A DNA stretch of 64,000 bases from an uncultured Saprospiraceae bacterium (lineage in GTDB: Bacteria; Bacteroidota; Bacteroidia; Chitinophagales; Saprospiraceae): NCBI GenBank assembly GCA_937894165.1, contig CALCSX010000173.1:1056-65055 (forward strand), read 5' to 3'. Shown piece after piece: positions 40,817-52,511 of the stretch (the stretch's first letter is position 1; every line of letters starts with the position of its first letter). A program made the position numbers and the translations under genes. The notes beneath the pieces are model-generated. The model had not been told where the DNA came from. It made no database searches and saw nothing but the letters and a program-made list of their open reading frames with translations.

Positions 40817-40891
40817 AATTATTAGGAATTGTAGGGAGTGCCCCTTCTGTCGCAAAAACTTAAAGGCAAGAAAACAGATTGAAACAGCTCC

Positions 40892-40923
40892 CTCAGGGTC
40901 GTACCATTCCGGAGTTCCGTGCT
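40892..40923. repeat. Intergenic motif copy B: CTCAGGGTCG-N9-GGAGTTCCGT
   Basis: It has the same two 10-mers and spacing as 14128-14159. It lies between the convergent trmH-like and ypfJ-like genes. Confidence 0.8.
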
Positions 40924-41032
40924 GACAGTTTTAAAATGACAATTAATTAATTTTTTAAAGGCTTTTCTGTGAATAAAGTATAATCCTTTCATAAGTCTGC
41001 ACCATGTCCTCCATGCTACTCACTCAGGTTTA

Positions 41033-41884
41033 CTAATTTTCAATCTCATCAAAAGTATTACCGAATTTTATATCCCCTTTCTCAAATCCCCTATTCAACC
41101 AATACATTCTTTGTTCACTACTCCCATGGGTGAAACTTTCCTCCACCACATAGCCTTGGGTTCTTTTTTGAATGTTGTCATTCCCTACAGAGGCCGCAGC
41201 TGACAAAGCTATTTCAAAATCCTTACTATCCAAGAATTTCCTCACATGATGAGCCCAAACTCCGGCATAGAAATCTGCCTGCAATTCCATAGCCACATGA
41301 TGTTTATTAAATTCCTCGCTTGGCAAGGTGTTCCTCAATTTATTTATTTCCTGCAAGACCCCGGTTTGTTTCTGAACATGATGCCCTACTTCATGAGCAA
41401 GGACATAAGCTATGGCAAAATCACCATCCTTCGCTCCAAATCTTTCAACCAACACACTGAAAAAGTCTAAATCCATATAAATTGTCTCATCAGCAGGACA
41501 ATAAAAAGGACCAGAATTGGAATTTGCTCCCCCACAGCCGGATTGAACAGCTTCTGAAAATAAGACGAGTTTAGGCTCACGGTAAGTCCCTTCATTCTCT
41601 TGAAATATCTCATGCCACACATCTTCTGTATCTGCCAGGATAGTAGCCATAAAATCCCCCATCTCCTGCTCCTCCGCTGTCAATTCCCGCTGATCTACTT
41701 GCTCAGTTCCTGCTACTTGCGTGTGTACTACCTGCGCTATTTTTGCTGCATCCTCACCTAGAAAGTTCTGGATAAGAAAAAATACAATAGCAATCAATCC
41801 ACCCCCTGCCGCCAGTGTTTTAGCTCCACCCATTCCTCTCCTATCTTCCATGTTTTGGCTCTTACGCCTTCCTTGCCATTTCAT
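41033..41884 (-). CDS. ypfJ: YpfJ-family neutral zinc metallopeptidase
   Basis: 283-aa ORF. It starts 'MKWQGRRKSQNMEDRR' followed by a TM segment. 'GPFYCPADETIYMDLDFF' and 'AYVLAHEVGHHVQ' (HExxH) are present. Confidence 0.8.
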   Translation of the reverse strand: MKWQGRRKSQNMEDRRGMGGAKTLAAGGGLIAIVFFLIQNFLGEDAAKIAQVVHTQVAGTEQVDQRELTAEEQEMGDFMATILADTEDVWHEIFQENEGTYREPKLVLFSEAVQSGCGGANSNSGPFYCPADETIYMDLDFFSVLVERFGAKDGDFAIAYVLAHEVGHHVQKQTGVLQEINKLRNTLPSEEFNKHHVAMELQADFYAGVWAHHVRKFLDSKDFEIALSAAASVGNDNIQKRTQGYVVEESFTHGSSEQRMYWLNRGFEKGDIKFGNTFDEIEN

Positions 41885-42179
41885 AAGTGTTAATTATTAA
41901 TTTGATTAATCACAATATAATGACTAAATCTAGCTAATAAGTTTGATATTAAATCAATTATTTTCATCTTCTTATCAGTTTTCAAAAAAGAGATTTGTGA
42001 CCAATTTAATAAATCTGAGTGAGAATGAATATACCTGGAGATTTAACTATGCGACAACAGGAATCCAATTCCGTGTTCCTTATGTGATAAATAGTTTTAA
42101 TGTTGAAAAATCAAAACTCCAAGAACATGCCCAACTCAGAACCCGGAAAAGCCGTTAGGCGACAAAACGGCCGCTAGGC

Positions 42180-43955
42180 CTAAATCTTCGTCACCTTCCC
42201 TACCTTCACCTTCAATCCTCCATCCTCAATCTTATACACATACATCCCCGCTGCGAAATTTCCTACATACACATAATTACTTCCATGATACACCCGCTGC
42301 TCCTTCACCTGCCTTCCCTGTATATCATATATAATGATTCTCGCTTCTCCAGGATAGTAGCCTCCTATATCGATAAACAAATCCTCCTGAACCGGATTCG
42401 GATATACACTCACTGCTATCTCCAGCTCCTCTTCACTGATACTGGTAGATCCCACTTGAAAAGTCTCACAGCTCGTATCGCTCCCATGGACATTGCTTAC
42501 TGTCAGGCATATCTCGTATGTTCCATTCTGTGAAAAACTGTGCGTAGGATTTCTCTCATCACTCGTATTGCCATCCCCGAAATCCCAGAACCATTCCGTA
42601 GGCTCATAGTCTGACACATCCACCATCCTAAATTCCAGATAGTCTTCTTCGCTCTGATCTGCACGCCAGCGAGAAAGAGGTAAGTTCACGATGCCGAGGG
42701 TGTCGCAGGGGCTGCCTTCTAGAGGGCCGAGGCGATAGTTAGGATAAAGTGGAAGAGCGGATTTAAGCGCGGGTGAAATAATGCTGGCTTGATTAACTTT
42801 GCATCCTTCTCCCCAAACATCCGGATAGTCTATTGTCGTGATCACCCGAAGATTTGGCCATGGAGTTATATATATTTTATTGTCGGGTGCTAATTGACTC
42901 ATATAAAAATTATGACGAACTATAAAACCCGTATTCCCTATTGTGTCTAGAAAATCATTTCTCTCAGCCACCAATGTTTTTGTACTCATAATATCATCGT
43001 TTGTCAAATCAAATTGGTAAATTTCTGTATAAGCCATTAAATACATAATTTTATTATTGGGGGAAAATGCTACACTACCTAATTCAAATCCTTCAACTTC
43101 ATAATTATGTTCTCTCGGTGATGACAAATAGCCGGTGCACCTGTCAAAATCATATAAATATAAAAAACACCCAGCTTCAACGCTTAATGATGAATATTTA
43201 GCATAAAACTGTCCATTCTGAGAAAAAGCGGATTGCCCTGAGCCACTTATATTTTTGACTCCCATTGACTGTGATTCTAATATTTGAGGCCCATCTCTGG
43301 TCAATAAAACCCTATGATATTTGTCATTTTCTCCACCGGGAATGATTACCCACCAATCCAATCCATTAGCGTGTTTTGTGGCAGTCATCTTACCAAAATC
43401 CAATGTGTCAGATAATATCAAATTCTTTTTACTAACAACCTCACCAAATCCTTCATTTAAATCCATATCAATTAAAGAGTAATATAAATTTCTGCCTCCT
43501 AAAAAAGTATCCACATTCTCAACATAAAAAACATCCGAAGAAATATGAAATAGCACAAATAAATTTTCCGACCCGGGATAAGGCAGAACAAGTCCAGCTT
43601 GTGCCATCACCTCCCCGGATTCACTTGAGCCCGATTCACTTAAACTATCACTATTCGGCATGATTTCTCTTGCGGCATCCTCTATATGAAAGCCATTGTA
43701 AGAAAAAATGTAATTTCCATCCTTGTCGGAGATACTATTATTTGACAAGTAGAATTCTATTTGGCTGGTGTAATTTTCTGTAATCGAGATTTTAGATAAG
43801 GATGGGTTAAAATCTAAAATAGCCATACCTGATAGGGGGATTTCCGGATTTGGTGTATTTGCTCTAGAGCTTAAATTCCAAATATAGTCGTGCTTCTGTG
43901 CTTCAATGATGTTAACAAATAATATGGTTAATATCAAAATTTTTACTATTCTCAT
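42180..43955 (-). CDS. Secreted protein with an unknown N-terminal domain of about 450 aa, a PKD domain and a T9SS C-terminal sorting domain
   Basis: 591-aa ORF with the signal peptide 'MRIVKILILTILFVNIIEAQ'. The PKD block is 'WFWDFGDGNTSDERNPTHSFSQNGTYEICLTVSNVHGSDT'. The CTD is 'VSVYPNPVQEDLFIDI...IIIYDIQGRQV...GMYVYKIEDGG...VGKVTKI'. Confidence 0.75.
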   Translation of the reverse strand: MRIVKILILTILFVNIIEAQKHDYIWNLSSRANTPNPEIPLSGMAILDFNPSLSKISITENYTSQIEFYLSNNSISDKDGNYIFSYNGFHIEDAAREIMPNSDSLSESGSSESGEVMAQAGLVLPYPGSENLFVLFHISSDVFYVENVDTFLGGRNLYYSLIDMDLNEGFGEVVSKKNLILSDTLDFGKMTATKHANGLDWWVIIPGGENDKYHRVLLTRDGPQILESQSMGVKNISGSGQSAFSQNGQFYAKYSSLSVEAGCFLYLYDFDRCTGYLSSPREHNYEVEGFELGSVAFSPNNKIMYLMAYTEIYQFDLTNDDIMSTKTLVAERNDFLDTIGNTGFIVRHNFYMSQLAPDNKIYITPWPNLRVITTIDYPDVWGEGCKVNQASIISPALKSALPLYPNYRLGPLEGSPCDTLGIVNLPLSRWRADQSEEDYLEFRMVDVSDYEPTEWFWDFGDGNTSDERNPTHSFSQNGTYEICLTVSNVHGSDTSCETFQVGSTSISEEELEIAVSVYPNPVQEDLFIDIGGYYPGEARIIIYDIQGRQVKEQRVYHGSNYVYVGNFAAGMYVYKIEDGGLKVKVGKVTKI

Positions 43956-44353
43956 TTCACATGTATAAATTAATTATGATTTCCGAGAGATGCAATCATC
44001 TTCCGGAAATCAAATTGTGGAGGACATCTAACCGCTATAATTTCAAAAGTACATATTACTTTTGAAAAGTCAACGACTTTATATGTTAATAGTTGATATT
44101 TACCACTTTTATACTATATAATTTCCTTAAATAATGAAATAACTATTTTATATTCTGAAAAGAAAATTAGAATATATTATAATATTCGAGAGAGAACTAT
44201 CGAATGTATTAGGTAGTTAATATTCCATCCCCTAAAATGCGAAAATCCTTGCTATTTACAGGAAATTTATAATTCCTAAGCATCCTTTGCAAAGCAGTTA
44301 TTGAGCCGTAGAAGGGTCAGACACCGAGCCAATTAGTCGCCATTTAGATGAAT

Positions 44354-44381
44354 AAAAAAAGCCCGGTTTCCCGAGCTTTTT
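44354..44381 (-). terminator. Rho-independent terminator of sucD (GAAA tetraloop)
   Basis: The minus strand reads 'aaaaagctcgg-GAAA-ccgggcttttttt'. This gives an 11-bp stem (one G:U pair), a GNRA loop and a U-run. It starts 4 nt after the stop codon. Confidence 0.8.
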
Positions 44382-44385
44382 CTGC

Positions 44386-45261
44386 TTATTTTCCTAATGC
44401 TTTTCTCATTGTCTCTCCAATATCAGCCGGAGAATGCACGACATGGATGCCACATTCTGCCATAATTTTCATTTTGGCTTCAGCTGTGTCTTCATGACCA
44501 CCTACGATGGCCCCTGCATGCCCCATCGTTCTGCCTGCAGGTGCTGTTTGACCTGCGATAAATCCTACTACCGGCTTTTTATTCCCTGTAGATTTGATAT
44601 ATTCAGAAGCGAGTGCTTCATAGTTTCCTCCTATCTCTCCTATCATTACTATTCCATCAGTCTCAGGATCTTCCATCAGCAATTTGACGGCATCTTTCGT
44701 TGGCGTTCCCACGATTGGATCTCCTCCAATGCCTATTGCGGTAGAAATGCCCATTCCTGCCTTCACTATCTGATCAGCCGCTTCATACGTCAAAGTTCCT
44801 GATTTAGAAACTACACCGATTCTACCTTTCTTAAATACAAAACCTGGCATAATCCCTACTTTGGCCTCATCCGGAGTTATTACACCCGGACAGTTCGGTC
44901 CGATTAGTGTAACATCTATATTTTCGAGATATGCCTTCACTTTTACCATATCCTGAACCGGAATTCCTTCAGTAATACATACAATAACTTTGATTCCAGC
45001 CTCAGCAGCTTCCATTATTGCATCACCTGCAAATGCGGGCGGCACAAAAATGATTGATGTATTAGCTTTAGCATTATTAACAGCATCTTGGACTGTATTG
45101 AATACAGGCTTGCCCAAATGCTCGCTGCCACCTTTACCCGGTGTAACACCCCCGACTACATTGGTTCCATAATCGATCATTTGCTCTGCGTGAAAAGAAC
45201 CTTCCTTTCCTGTAAAACCTTGGACTATTATTCTTGAATCTTTGTTTACTAATACTGACAT
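44386..45261 (-). CDS. sucD: Succinate--CoA ligase subunit alpha
   Basis: 291-aa ORF with '[12 protein letters not shown]', '[10 protein letters not shown]', 'SKSGTLTYE' and 'MGHAGAIV' (catalytic His). Confidence 0.95.
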   Translation of the reverse strand: MSVLVNKDSRIIVQGFTGKEGSFHAEQMIDYGTNVVGGVTPGKGGSEHLGKPVFNTVQDAVNNAKANTSIIFVPPAFAGDAIMEAAEAGIKVIVCITEGIPVQDMVKVKAYLENIDVTLIGPNCPGVITPDEAKVGIMPGFVFKKGRIGVVSKSGTLTYEAADQIVKAGMGISTAIGIGGDPIVGTPTKDAVKLLMEDPETDGIVMIGEIGGNYEALASEYIKSTGNKKPVVGFIAGQTAPAGRTMGHAGAIVGGHEDTAEAKMKIMAECGIHVVHSPADIGETMRKALGK

Positions 45262-45275
45262 TATTAAATAATATT

Positions 45276-45587
45276 TTATTTATCAATTATAAAAATTTCT
45301 TCATTCTCCCTCTGCAGAAAATATCTTTCTCTGGCAAAGGTTTCTTTGTTTTTCTCCAAATTGATCTTCGCTGCCTTTAATTCCTCGGACATTTCGGTGT
45401 AGTACACTCGTTTTTTCTCCAAGTCATTGATGACACCTGATAATTGGATTTGTGTCGGTATATTGCTTTTATCAAAAAATGTTAAATGAACCAGTATTAT
45501 AGTCCCAACAACTATGTACTTATTTTTCAATGCATTAGGTACTTTTACCCAAACAAGACTCAGTTTACTTTGTATGTATCTTAACAT
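45276..45587 (-). CDS. Septum formation initiator (FtsB/DivIC-like) protein
   Basis: 103-aa ORF with an N-terminal TM segment, a coiled coil and '[15 protein letters not shown]'. It holds the conserved position directly downstream of eno. Confidence 0.6.
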   Translation of the reverse strand: MLRYIQSKLSLVWVKVPNALKNKYIVVGTIILVHLTFFDKSNIPTQIQLSGVINDLEKKRVYYTEMSEELKAAKINLEKNKETFARERYFLQRENEEIFIIDK

Positions 45588-45639
45588 ATTAAAAATATTT
45601 TACATACAAATATAAAACATTATCTGATAGTTACAACTT

Positions 45640-48050
<2,411 letters not shown>

Positions 48051-48127
48051 AGCGCAAAGATAAATTTAAATTTAAATATTTTTAATAAGTCCGCTTAAGA
48101 CTTCTATAATTTTCCAAATCAATAGAT

Positions 48128-48163
48128 ATAAAAAAGGGTTGAATATTACTACTCAACCCTTTT
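48128..48163 (-). terminator. Rho-independent terminator after rplQ (end of the ribosomal super-operon)
   Basis: The minus strand reads 'aaaagggttga-gtagtaatat-tcaacccttttt'. This gives an 11-bp stem followed by a T-run. Confidence 0.75.
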
Positions 48164-48193
48164 ATATAATATGTATTAAAACATTTCTTAATA

Positions 48194-48703
48194 TTAATCT
48201 TCTTTAGATTCTTCTGTTGTTTCAGTTGTATCAACATTTTCAGTTGATTCATTTTTTACTTCAGTTGTTGCAGCAGAACTCTTCGCCTTACCTCTACGAG
48301 TTCTTTTCTTACCCGGAGTCTTATCAGCTTGTGACAATAATAATTCATTAAAGTCAACAAATTCAATCATAGCTGTTTCGGCACCATCTCCTTTTCTAAA
48401 TCCGGTTTTGATGATTCTCAAATAACCACCGGGTCTGTCACCAACTTTTGCTGCTACAGGACCAAAAAGCTCCTTTACAGATTCTTTGTCTTGAAGGTAA
48501 CCAAACACAACTCTTCGAGAATGTGTAGTATTACTTTTCCCCTTAGTAACAAGAGGTTCCAAATAGCCTCTTAAAGCTTTAGCTTTGGCTAAGGTAGTTC
48601 TAATTCTCTTATGAAGAATTAATGAATTGGAAAGGCTTTTCAATAGGGCATCTCTGTGCCCTTTTTTCCTTCCAAGATTGTTGACTTTATCGCCGTGTCT
48701 CAT
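48194..48703 (-). CDS. rplQ: 50S ribosomal protein L17
   Basis: 'MRHGDKVNNLGRKKGHRDALLKSL...' is the bL17 N-terminus. It follows rpoA and has an acidic/basic C-terminal tail. Confidence 0.93.
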   Translation of the reverse strand: MRHGDKVNNLGRKKGHRDALLKSLSNSLILHKRIRTTLAKAKALRGYLEPLVTKGKSNTTHSRRVVFGYLQDKESVKELFGPVAAKVGDRPGGYLRIIKTGFRKGDGAETAMIEFVDFNELLLSQADKTPGKKRTRRGKAKSSAATTEVKNESTENVDTTETTEESKED

Positions 48704-48775
48704 TTGAAATTTGTTTACATCGCAACACTGATCAATTCATATAGAAGATCGGTTATTGCAAAAATTTAAAAATTA

Positions 48776-49774
48776 TTATTCTTCGTCTAATTTATATTTA
48801 GCCACATCCATACCGAAAGAAAGTCCTTTTTCTTCCAATAACTCCTCAATCTCCACTAATGACTTCTTACCGAAGTTTCTAAACTTCAATAATTCATGCA
48901 TGTCGAATTTAACCAATTCTCCAAGGGAATCGATTTTGGCAGCTTTCAAGCAATTGTATGCTCTTACTGACAAATCTAAATCCTCTAAAGAAGTTTTTAG
49001 TAATTTACGCATATGCAAAATATGCTCATCTACGATATTATCTTCTCGTTTGTTATCGTCGTCAAAAGTGATATTCTCATCCGTGATCAACATCAAATGT
49101 TGAATCATAATTCTTGATGCCTCTTTAATAGCGGTCTCAGGATGTATAGTTCCATCAGTTTTGATCTCAATGATTAAGCTTTCATAGTCCGTTCTTTGAC
49201 CTACACGAGTAGTTCCAACTTTATAGGAAACATTCTTGATAGGTGTATAAATAGCGTCTACAGGGATAACGCCTAGTGGCGCATCTTTCGGAAGATTATC
49301 ATCAGCAGGAACATAGCCCCTGCCCTTCGTCACTGTTAACTCGATTTCTAAACTTACTGACGGCTCCATACTACAAATATGAAGATCGGGATTCATTACT
49401 TTGAATACATTCGTATGTTCTTCAATATCACCGGCAATAAAAGTATCCTTACCTTTTACAGTTAAATATACTTTATCTTCTGCACTATCATCATCAGAAA
49501 CTAATTTCTTCAGACGTATTTTTTTAACATTCAGAATGATTTCTATAACATCTTCTACAACACCGTTAATGGTTGAGAATTCATGATCCACACCGGCAAT
49601 ACGAATGGCAGAGATAGCATGACCTTCCAAAGAAGAAAGTAAAACTCTTCTAAGTGAATTACCTACTGTCTGACCAAATCCGGGTTCTAGAGGTTTGAAT
49701 TCAAAAGTACCATAAAAATCATCTGCTTTGTGAAGAAGGATTTTATCTGGTTTGTGGAAATTTAATATACTCAT
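48776..49774 (-). CDS. rpoA: DNA-directed RNA polymerase subunit alpha
   Basis: Trimmed to 'MSILNFHKPDKI...'. 'GNSLRRVLLSSLEGHAISAIRIAGVDHEFSTINGVVEDV' and the C-terminal HhH segment 'LDLSVRAYNCLKAAKIDSLGELV' are present. Confidence 0.95.
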   Translation of the reverse strand: MSILNFHKPDKILLHKADDFYGTFEFKPLEPGFGQTVGNSLRRVLLSSLEGHAISAIRIAGVDHEFSTINGVVEDVIEIILNVKKIRLKKLVSDDDSAEDKVYLTVKGKDTFIAGDIEEHTNVFKVMNPDLHICSMEPSVSLEIELTVTKGRGYVPADDNLPKDAPLGVIPVDAIYTPIKNVSYKVGTTRVGQRTDYESLIIEIKTDGTIHPETAIKEASRIMIQHLMLITDENITFDDDNKREDNIVDEHILHMRKLLKTSLEDLDLSVRAYNCLKAAKIDSLGELVKFDMHELLKFRNFGKKSLVEIEELLEEKGLSFGMDVAKYKLDEE

Positions 49775-49849
49775 AATTTTAAAAGATTCTAGAGTCAGGA
49801 AATGAAACAAAAACAGAATTGACAATTGGCTGAGCCAATTGTCAAAATC

Positions 49850-50461
49850 TTACTTAGAGTATAATTCTACGATTAATTGCTCGTTAATTTTCTCAGGTAT
49901 TTGATCTCTTGTTGGATATTCAATGAATTTACCTTCGAACTTGTCCGGATTAAACTCCAGCCAAGGATATTTGACAGAATCTTTTCTGTTCCCAACATTA
50001 CTCTCAACGATATGTAGGTGTTGAGATTTACCTCGTACTGATACTATATCACCCGGTCTCAATTGCATTGAAGGAATATTTGTAACTACACCATTCACTA
50101 CTATATGCTTATGAGAAACAAATTGTCTTGCGCCGCTCCTAGTAGGAGAAATACCTAATCTAAAAACAACATTATCCAATCGAGATTCCAACAATTGAAG
50201 CAACACCTCACCTGTCACACCACCTTTACTGTTAGCTTTTTTGAACAAGTTTCTAAACTGTCTTTCCAAAACACCATAAGTGAACTTTGCCTTTTGCTTT
50301 TCCATCAATTGCAAACCGTAGTCACTCTTTTGTTTTCTTCTTCTACCAGCACCGTGTTGTCCCGGAGGATATTTTTTTCTTTCGAATGCTTTATCGTATC
50401 CGAAAATTGACTCTCCGAATGCACGAGATTTCTTAGTCTTGGGGCCTGTATATCTTGCCAT
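49850..50461 (-). CDS. rpsD: 30S ribosomal protein S4
   Basis: '[17 protein letters not shown]...' and '[13 protein letters not shown]' are present, and it holds the operon position. Confidence 0.95.
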   Translation of the reverse strand: MARYTGPKTKKSRAFGESIFGYDKAFERKKYPPGQHGAGRRRKQKSDYGLQLMEKQKAKFTYGVLERQFRNLFKKANSKGGVTGEVLLQLLESRLDNVVFRLGISPTRSGARQFVSHKHIVVNGVVTNIPSMQLRPGDIVSVRGKSQHLHIVESNVGNRKDSVKYPWLEFNPDKFEGKFIEYPTRDQIPEKINEQLIVELYSK

Positions 50462-50489
50462 TATCTAATAATTAATTAAATTCTTCTAA

Positions 50490-50879
50490 TTAAACTCTTC
50501 TTTTCTTAGGAGGTCTGCAACCATTGTGTGGCAATGGCGTAACGTCTTTGATCTTAAGGACTTTAATTCCTGTATTATCAATCGCTCTAATTGCTCCTTC
50601 ACGACCACTACCCGGACCTTTCACATAGACAGTTGCTGATCGCATTCCAAGATCATAAGCCACTTTCGCCGCATCCGCAGCAGCTATCTGAGCTGCATAA
50701 GGAGTGTTTTTCTTGGATCCACGAAACCCGGACTTACCCGCAGTTCCCCAACTAATCACCTGACCTCTCTTGTTGGTGATAGAAATAATAATATTGTTAA
50801 AAGAAGCTTGAATAAATGCAAGTCCATCTGACTCTACAATTACGTTCTTCTTTTTTACTTTTTTTGTATTCTTTGCCAT
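50490..50879 (-). CDS. rpsK: 30S ribosomal protein S11
   Basis: '[14 protein letters not shown]' and the C-terminus '[18 protein letters not shown]' are present. Confidence 0.95.
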   Translation of the reverse strand: MAKNTKKVKKKNVIVESDGLAFIQASFNNIIISITNKRGQVISWGTAGKSGFRGSKKNTPYAAQIAAADAAKVAYDLGMRSATVYVKGPGSGREGAIRAIDNTGIKVLKIKDVTPLPHNGCRPPKKRRV

Positions 50880-50903
50880 TATCTACTAATTAATCTATTT
50901 TAA

Positions 50904-51281
50904 TTATTTAGTTGCCTTCTTCTTGTTAGCCACAGTCTTACGCTTTCCTTTTCTAGTTCTAGCGTTTGTCTTAGTTCTTTGACCTCTTAAAGGCAAACCT
51001 TTCCTGTGACGAAGACCTCTATAACATGCTATATCCATCAATCTCTTGATATTCAATTGAACCTCAGATCTTAACTGACCTTCAACTTTATATTCATTGT
51101 TAAGGATCGCAGATATAACTTTGATATTATCATCAGACCAATCAGAAACTTTCGTGTTTTCATCAATTTCAGCTTTCGCTAATATCTCCTTTGAAAGAGA
51201 GTTCCCTACACCATAGATGTAAGTAAGACTAATTACGCCTCTTTTGTTTCTCGGCAAATCTACACCAACTATTCTAGCCAT
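50904..51281 (-). CDS. rpsM: 30S ribosomal protein S13
   Basis: '[26 protein letters not shown]' and '[23 protein letters not shown]' are present. Confidence 0.95.
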   Translation of the reverse strand: MARIVGVDLPRNKRGVISLTYIYGVGNSLSKEILAKAEIDENTKVSDWSDDNIKVISAILNNEYKVEGQLRSEVQLNIKRLMDIACYRGLRHRKGLPLRGQRTKTNARTRKGKRKTVANKKKATK

Positions 51282-51298
51282 TATTTAAAGGTTTATTT

Positions 51299-51415
51299 TT
51301 ATCCTTGTCTTTGTTTAAATTTCGGGTTCTTCTTGTTTATCACAAACAACTTCCCTTTACGTCTTACAATCTTGCAATCCGCTGATCTTTTCTTAATAGA
51401 TGCTTTTACTTTCAT
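51299..51415 (-). CDS. rpmJ: 50S ribosomal protein L36 (zinc-free form)
   Basis: It is absent from the ORF track because it is under 60 aa. Hand translation of the minus strand gives '[38 protein letters not shown]'. It lies between infA and rpsM. Confidence 0.9.
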   Translation of the reverse strand: MKVKASIKKRSADCKIVRRKGKLFVINKKNPKFKQRQG

Positions 51416-51423
51416 AACTTGCT

Positions 51424-51642
51424 TTATTTATATCTATATGTTATCCGCCCTCTGGACAGATCATACGGTGACATTTCGACTGCAACTTTGTCTCCAGGTA
51501 AAATACGGATATAATTCATTCGCATCTTACCTGAAATTGTAGCAATTATTTCGTGGTCATTTTCTAACCTTACACGAAACATTGCATTCGAAAGTGCTTC
51601 TACAATAACACCGTCTTGCTTTATTAAATCCTGTTTTGCCAT
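51424..51642 (-). CDS. infA: Translation initiation factor IF-1
   Basis: 72-aa ORF with '[35 protein letters not shown]'. Confidence 0.95.
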   Translation of the reverse strand: MAKQDLIKQDGVIVEALSNAMFRVRLENDHEIIATISGKMRMNYIRILPGDKVAVEMSPYDLSRGRITYRYK

Positions 51643-51679
51643 TCAAAATAATTTCGGAGTGCAAATATCGTAATATTAA

Positions 51680-52486
51680 TTAAAATATCATAATATTATC
51701 ATTCTTTTTTAATGCATCTTTTAATAATGCGTGATCAGATAAAATCTCCGGTCCTTCGGAAGTAATTGCAATTGTATGCTCAAAATGTGCTGATGGCTTC
51801 AAATCCTTCGTATAAATCGTCCATCCATCATTTGCCTGCAATATAGTTTTGGTACCAAGATTGATCATTGGCTCAATCGCAATAACTAATCCCTCTTGTA
51901 TCTTTACCCCCTTACCTCTTCTACCAAAATTTGGAACCTCGGGAGCTTCATGCAAGCTTCTTCCTACACCATGACCTACCATTTCCCGAACTACAGAAAA
52001 TCCATTTTGACCCTCCGCAAAATCCTGAACTGCAAATCCAATATCGCCAATTCTATTTCCAATTCGCGCTGCTTCAATTCCTAAATACAACGATTTTTCG
52101 GTAACTCTTAAAAGATTTAATACCTCATCCTTTACTTCTCCAAGTGCAAATGTGAATGCACAATCACCATAAAATCCATTTTTTAAAGATCCACAATCTA
52201 CAGATACAATATCTCCATCTTGAAACTCTTTATTATTTGGAATCCCATGAACGACAACAGCATTTGGAGAAATACACAAAGTATTCGGAAAACCACCGTA
52301 ACCTTTAAAACCGGGTACTGCACCCAAATCTCTTATCACCTCCTCAGCAGCAGCATCAATATCCAACCCGCTTATACCGGGTCTGATTAGTTCGGCAACT
52401 CTGCTTAACGCCTTAGCAACTATAAGACAACTTTCCCTAATTAATTCAATTTCTTCAGGTGTCTTATAATAAATAGCTTTGGACAT
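51680..52486 (-). CDS. map: Type I methionine aminopeptidase
   Basis: 268-aa ORF with metal-ligand blocks 'GDIVSVDCG', 'GHGVGRSLHE', 'IAIEPM' and 'AHFEHT'. Confidence 0.93.
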   Translation of the reverse strand: MSKAIYYKTPEEIELIRESCLIVAKALSRVAELIRPGISGLDIDAAAEEVIRDLGAVPGFKGYGGFPNTLCISPNAVVVHGIPNNKEFQDGDIVSVDCGSLKNGFYGDCAFTFALGEVKDEVLNLLRVTEKSLYLGIEAARIGNRIGDIGFAVQDFAEGQNGFSVVREMVGHGVGRSLHEAPEVPNFGRRGKGVKIQEGLVIAIEPMINLGTKTILQANDGWTIYTKDLKPSAHFEHTIAITSEGPEILSDHALLKDALKKNDNIMIF

Positions 52487-52511
52487 TAATAATAGTTTAT
52501 ATTAAAATAAA

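Noticed and set aside
40848-40886. CRISPR-repeat-like string 'gtcgcaaaaacttaaaggcaagaaaacagattgaaac' ending in ATTGAAAC
   Set aside because: There is only one copy, with no regularly spaced repeats or cas genes anywhere in the window. It is not an array.
49775-49825. N-terminal extensions offered by the ORF track for rpoA, rpsJ (63524-63613), rplC (63122-63160), rpsQ (58350-58406), the barrel gene (34400-34474), the trmH-like gene (40004-40030) and the DUF1501 gene (36043-36051)
   Set aside because: The conserved protein N-termini or signal peptides begin at internal start codons. The upstream residues are unconserved-looking, and in rpsQ they overlap the preceding gene.
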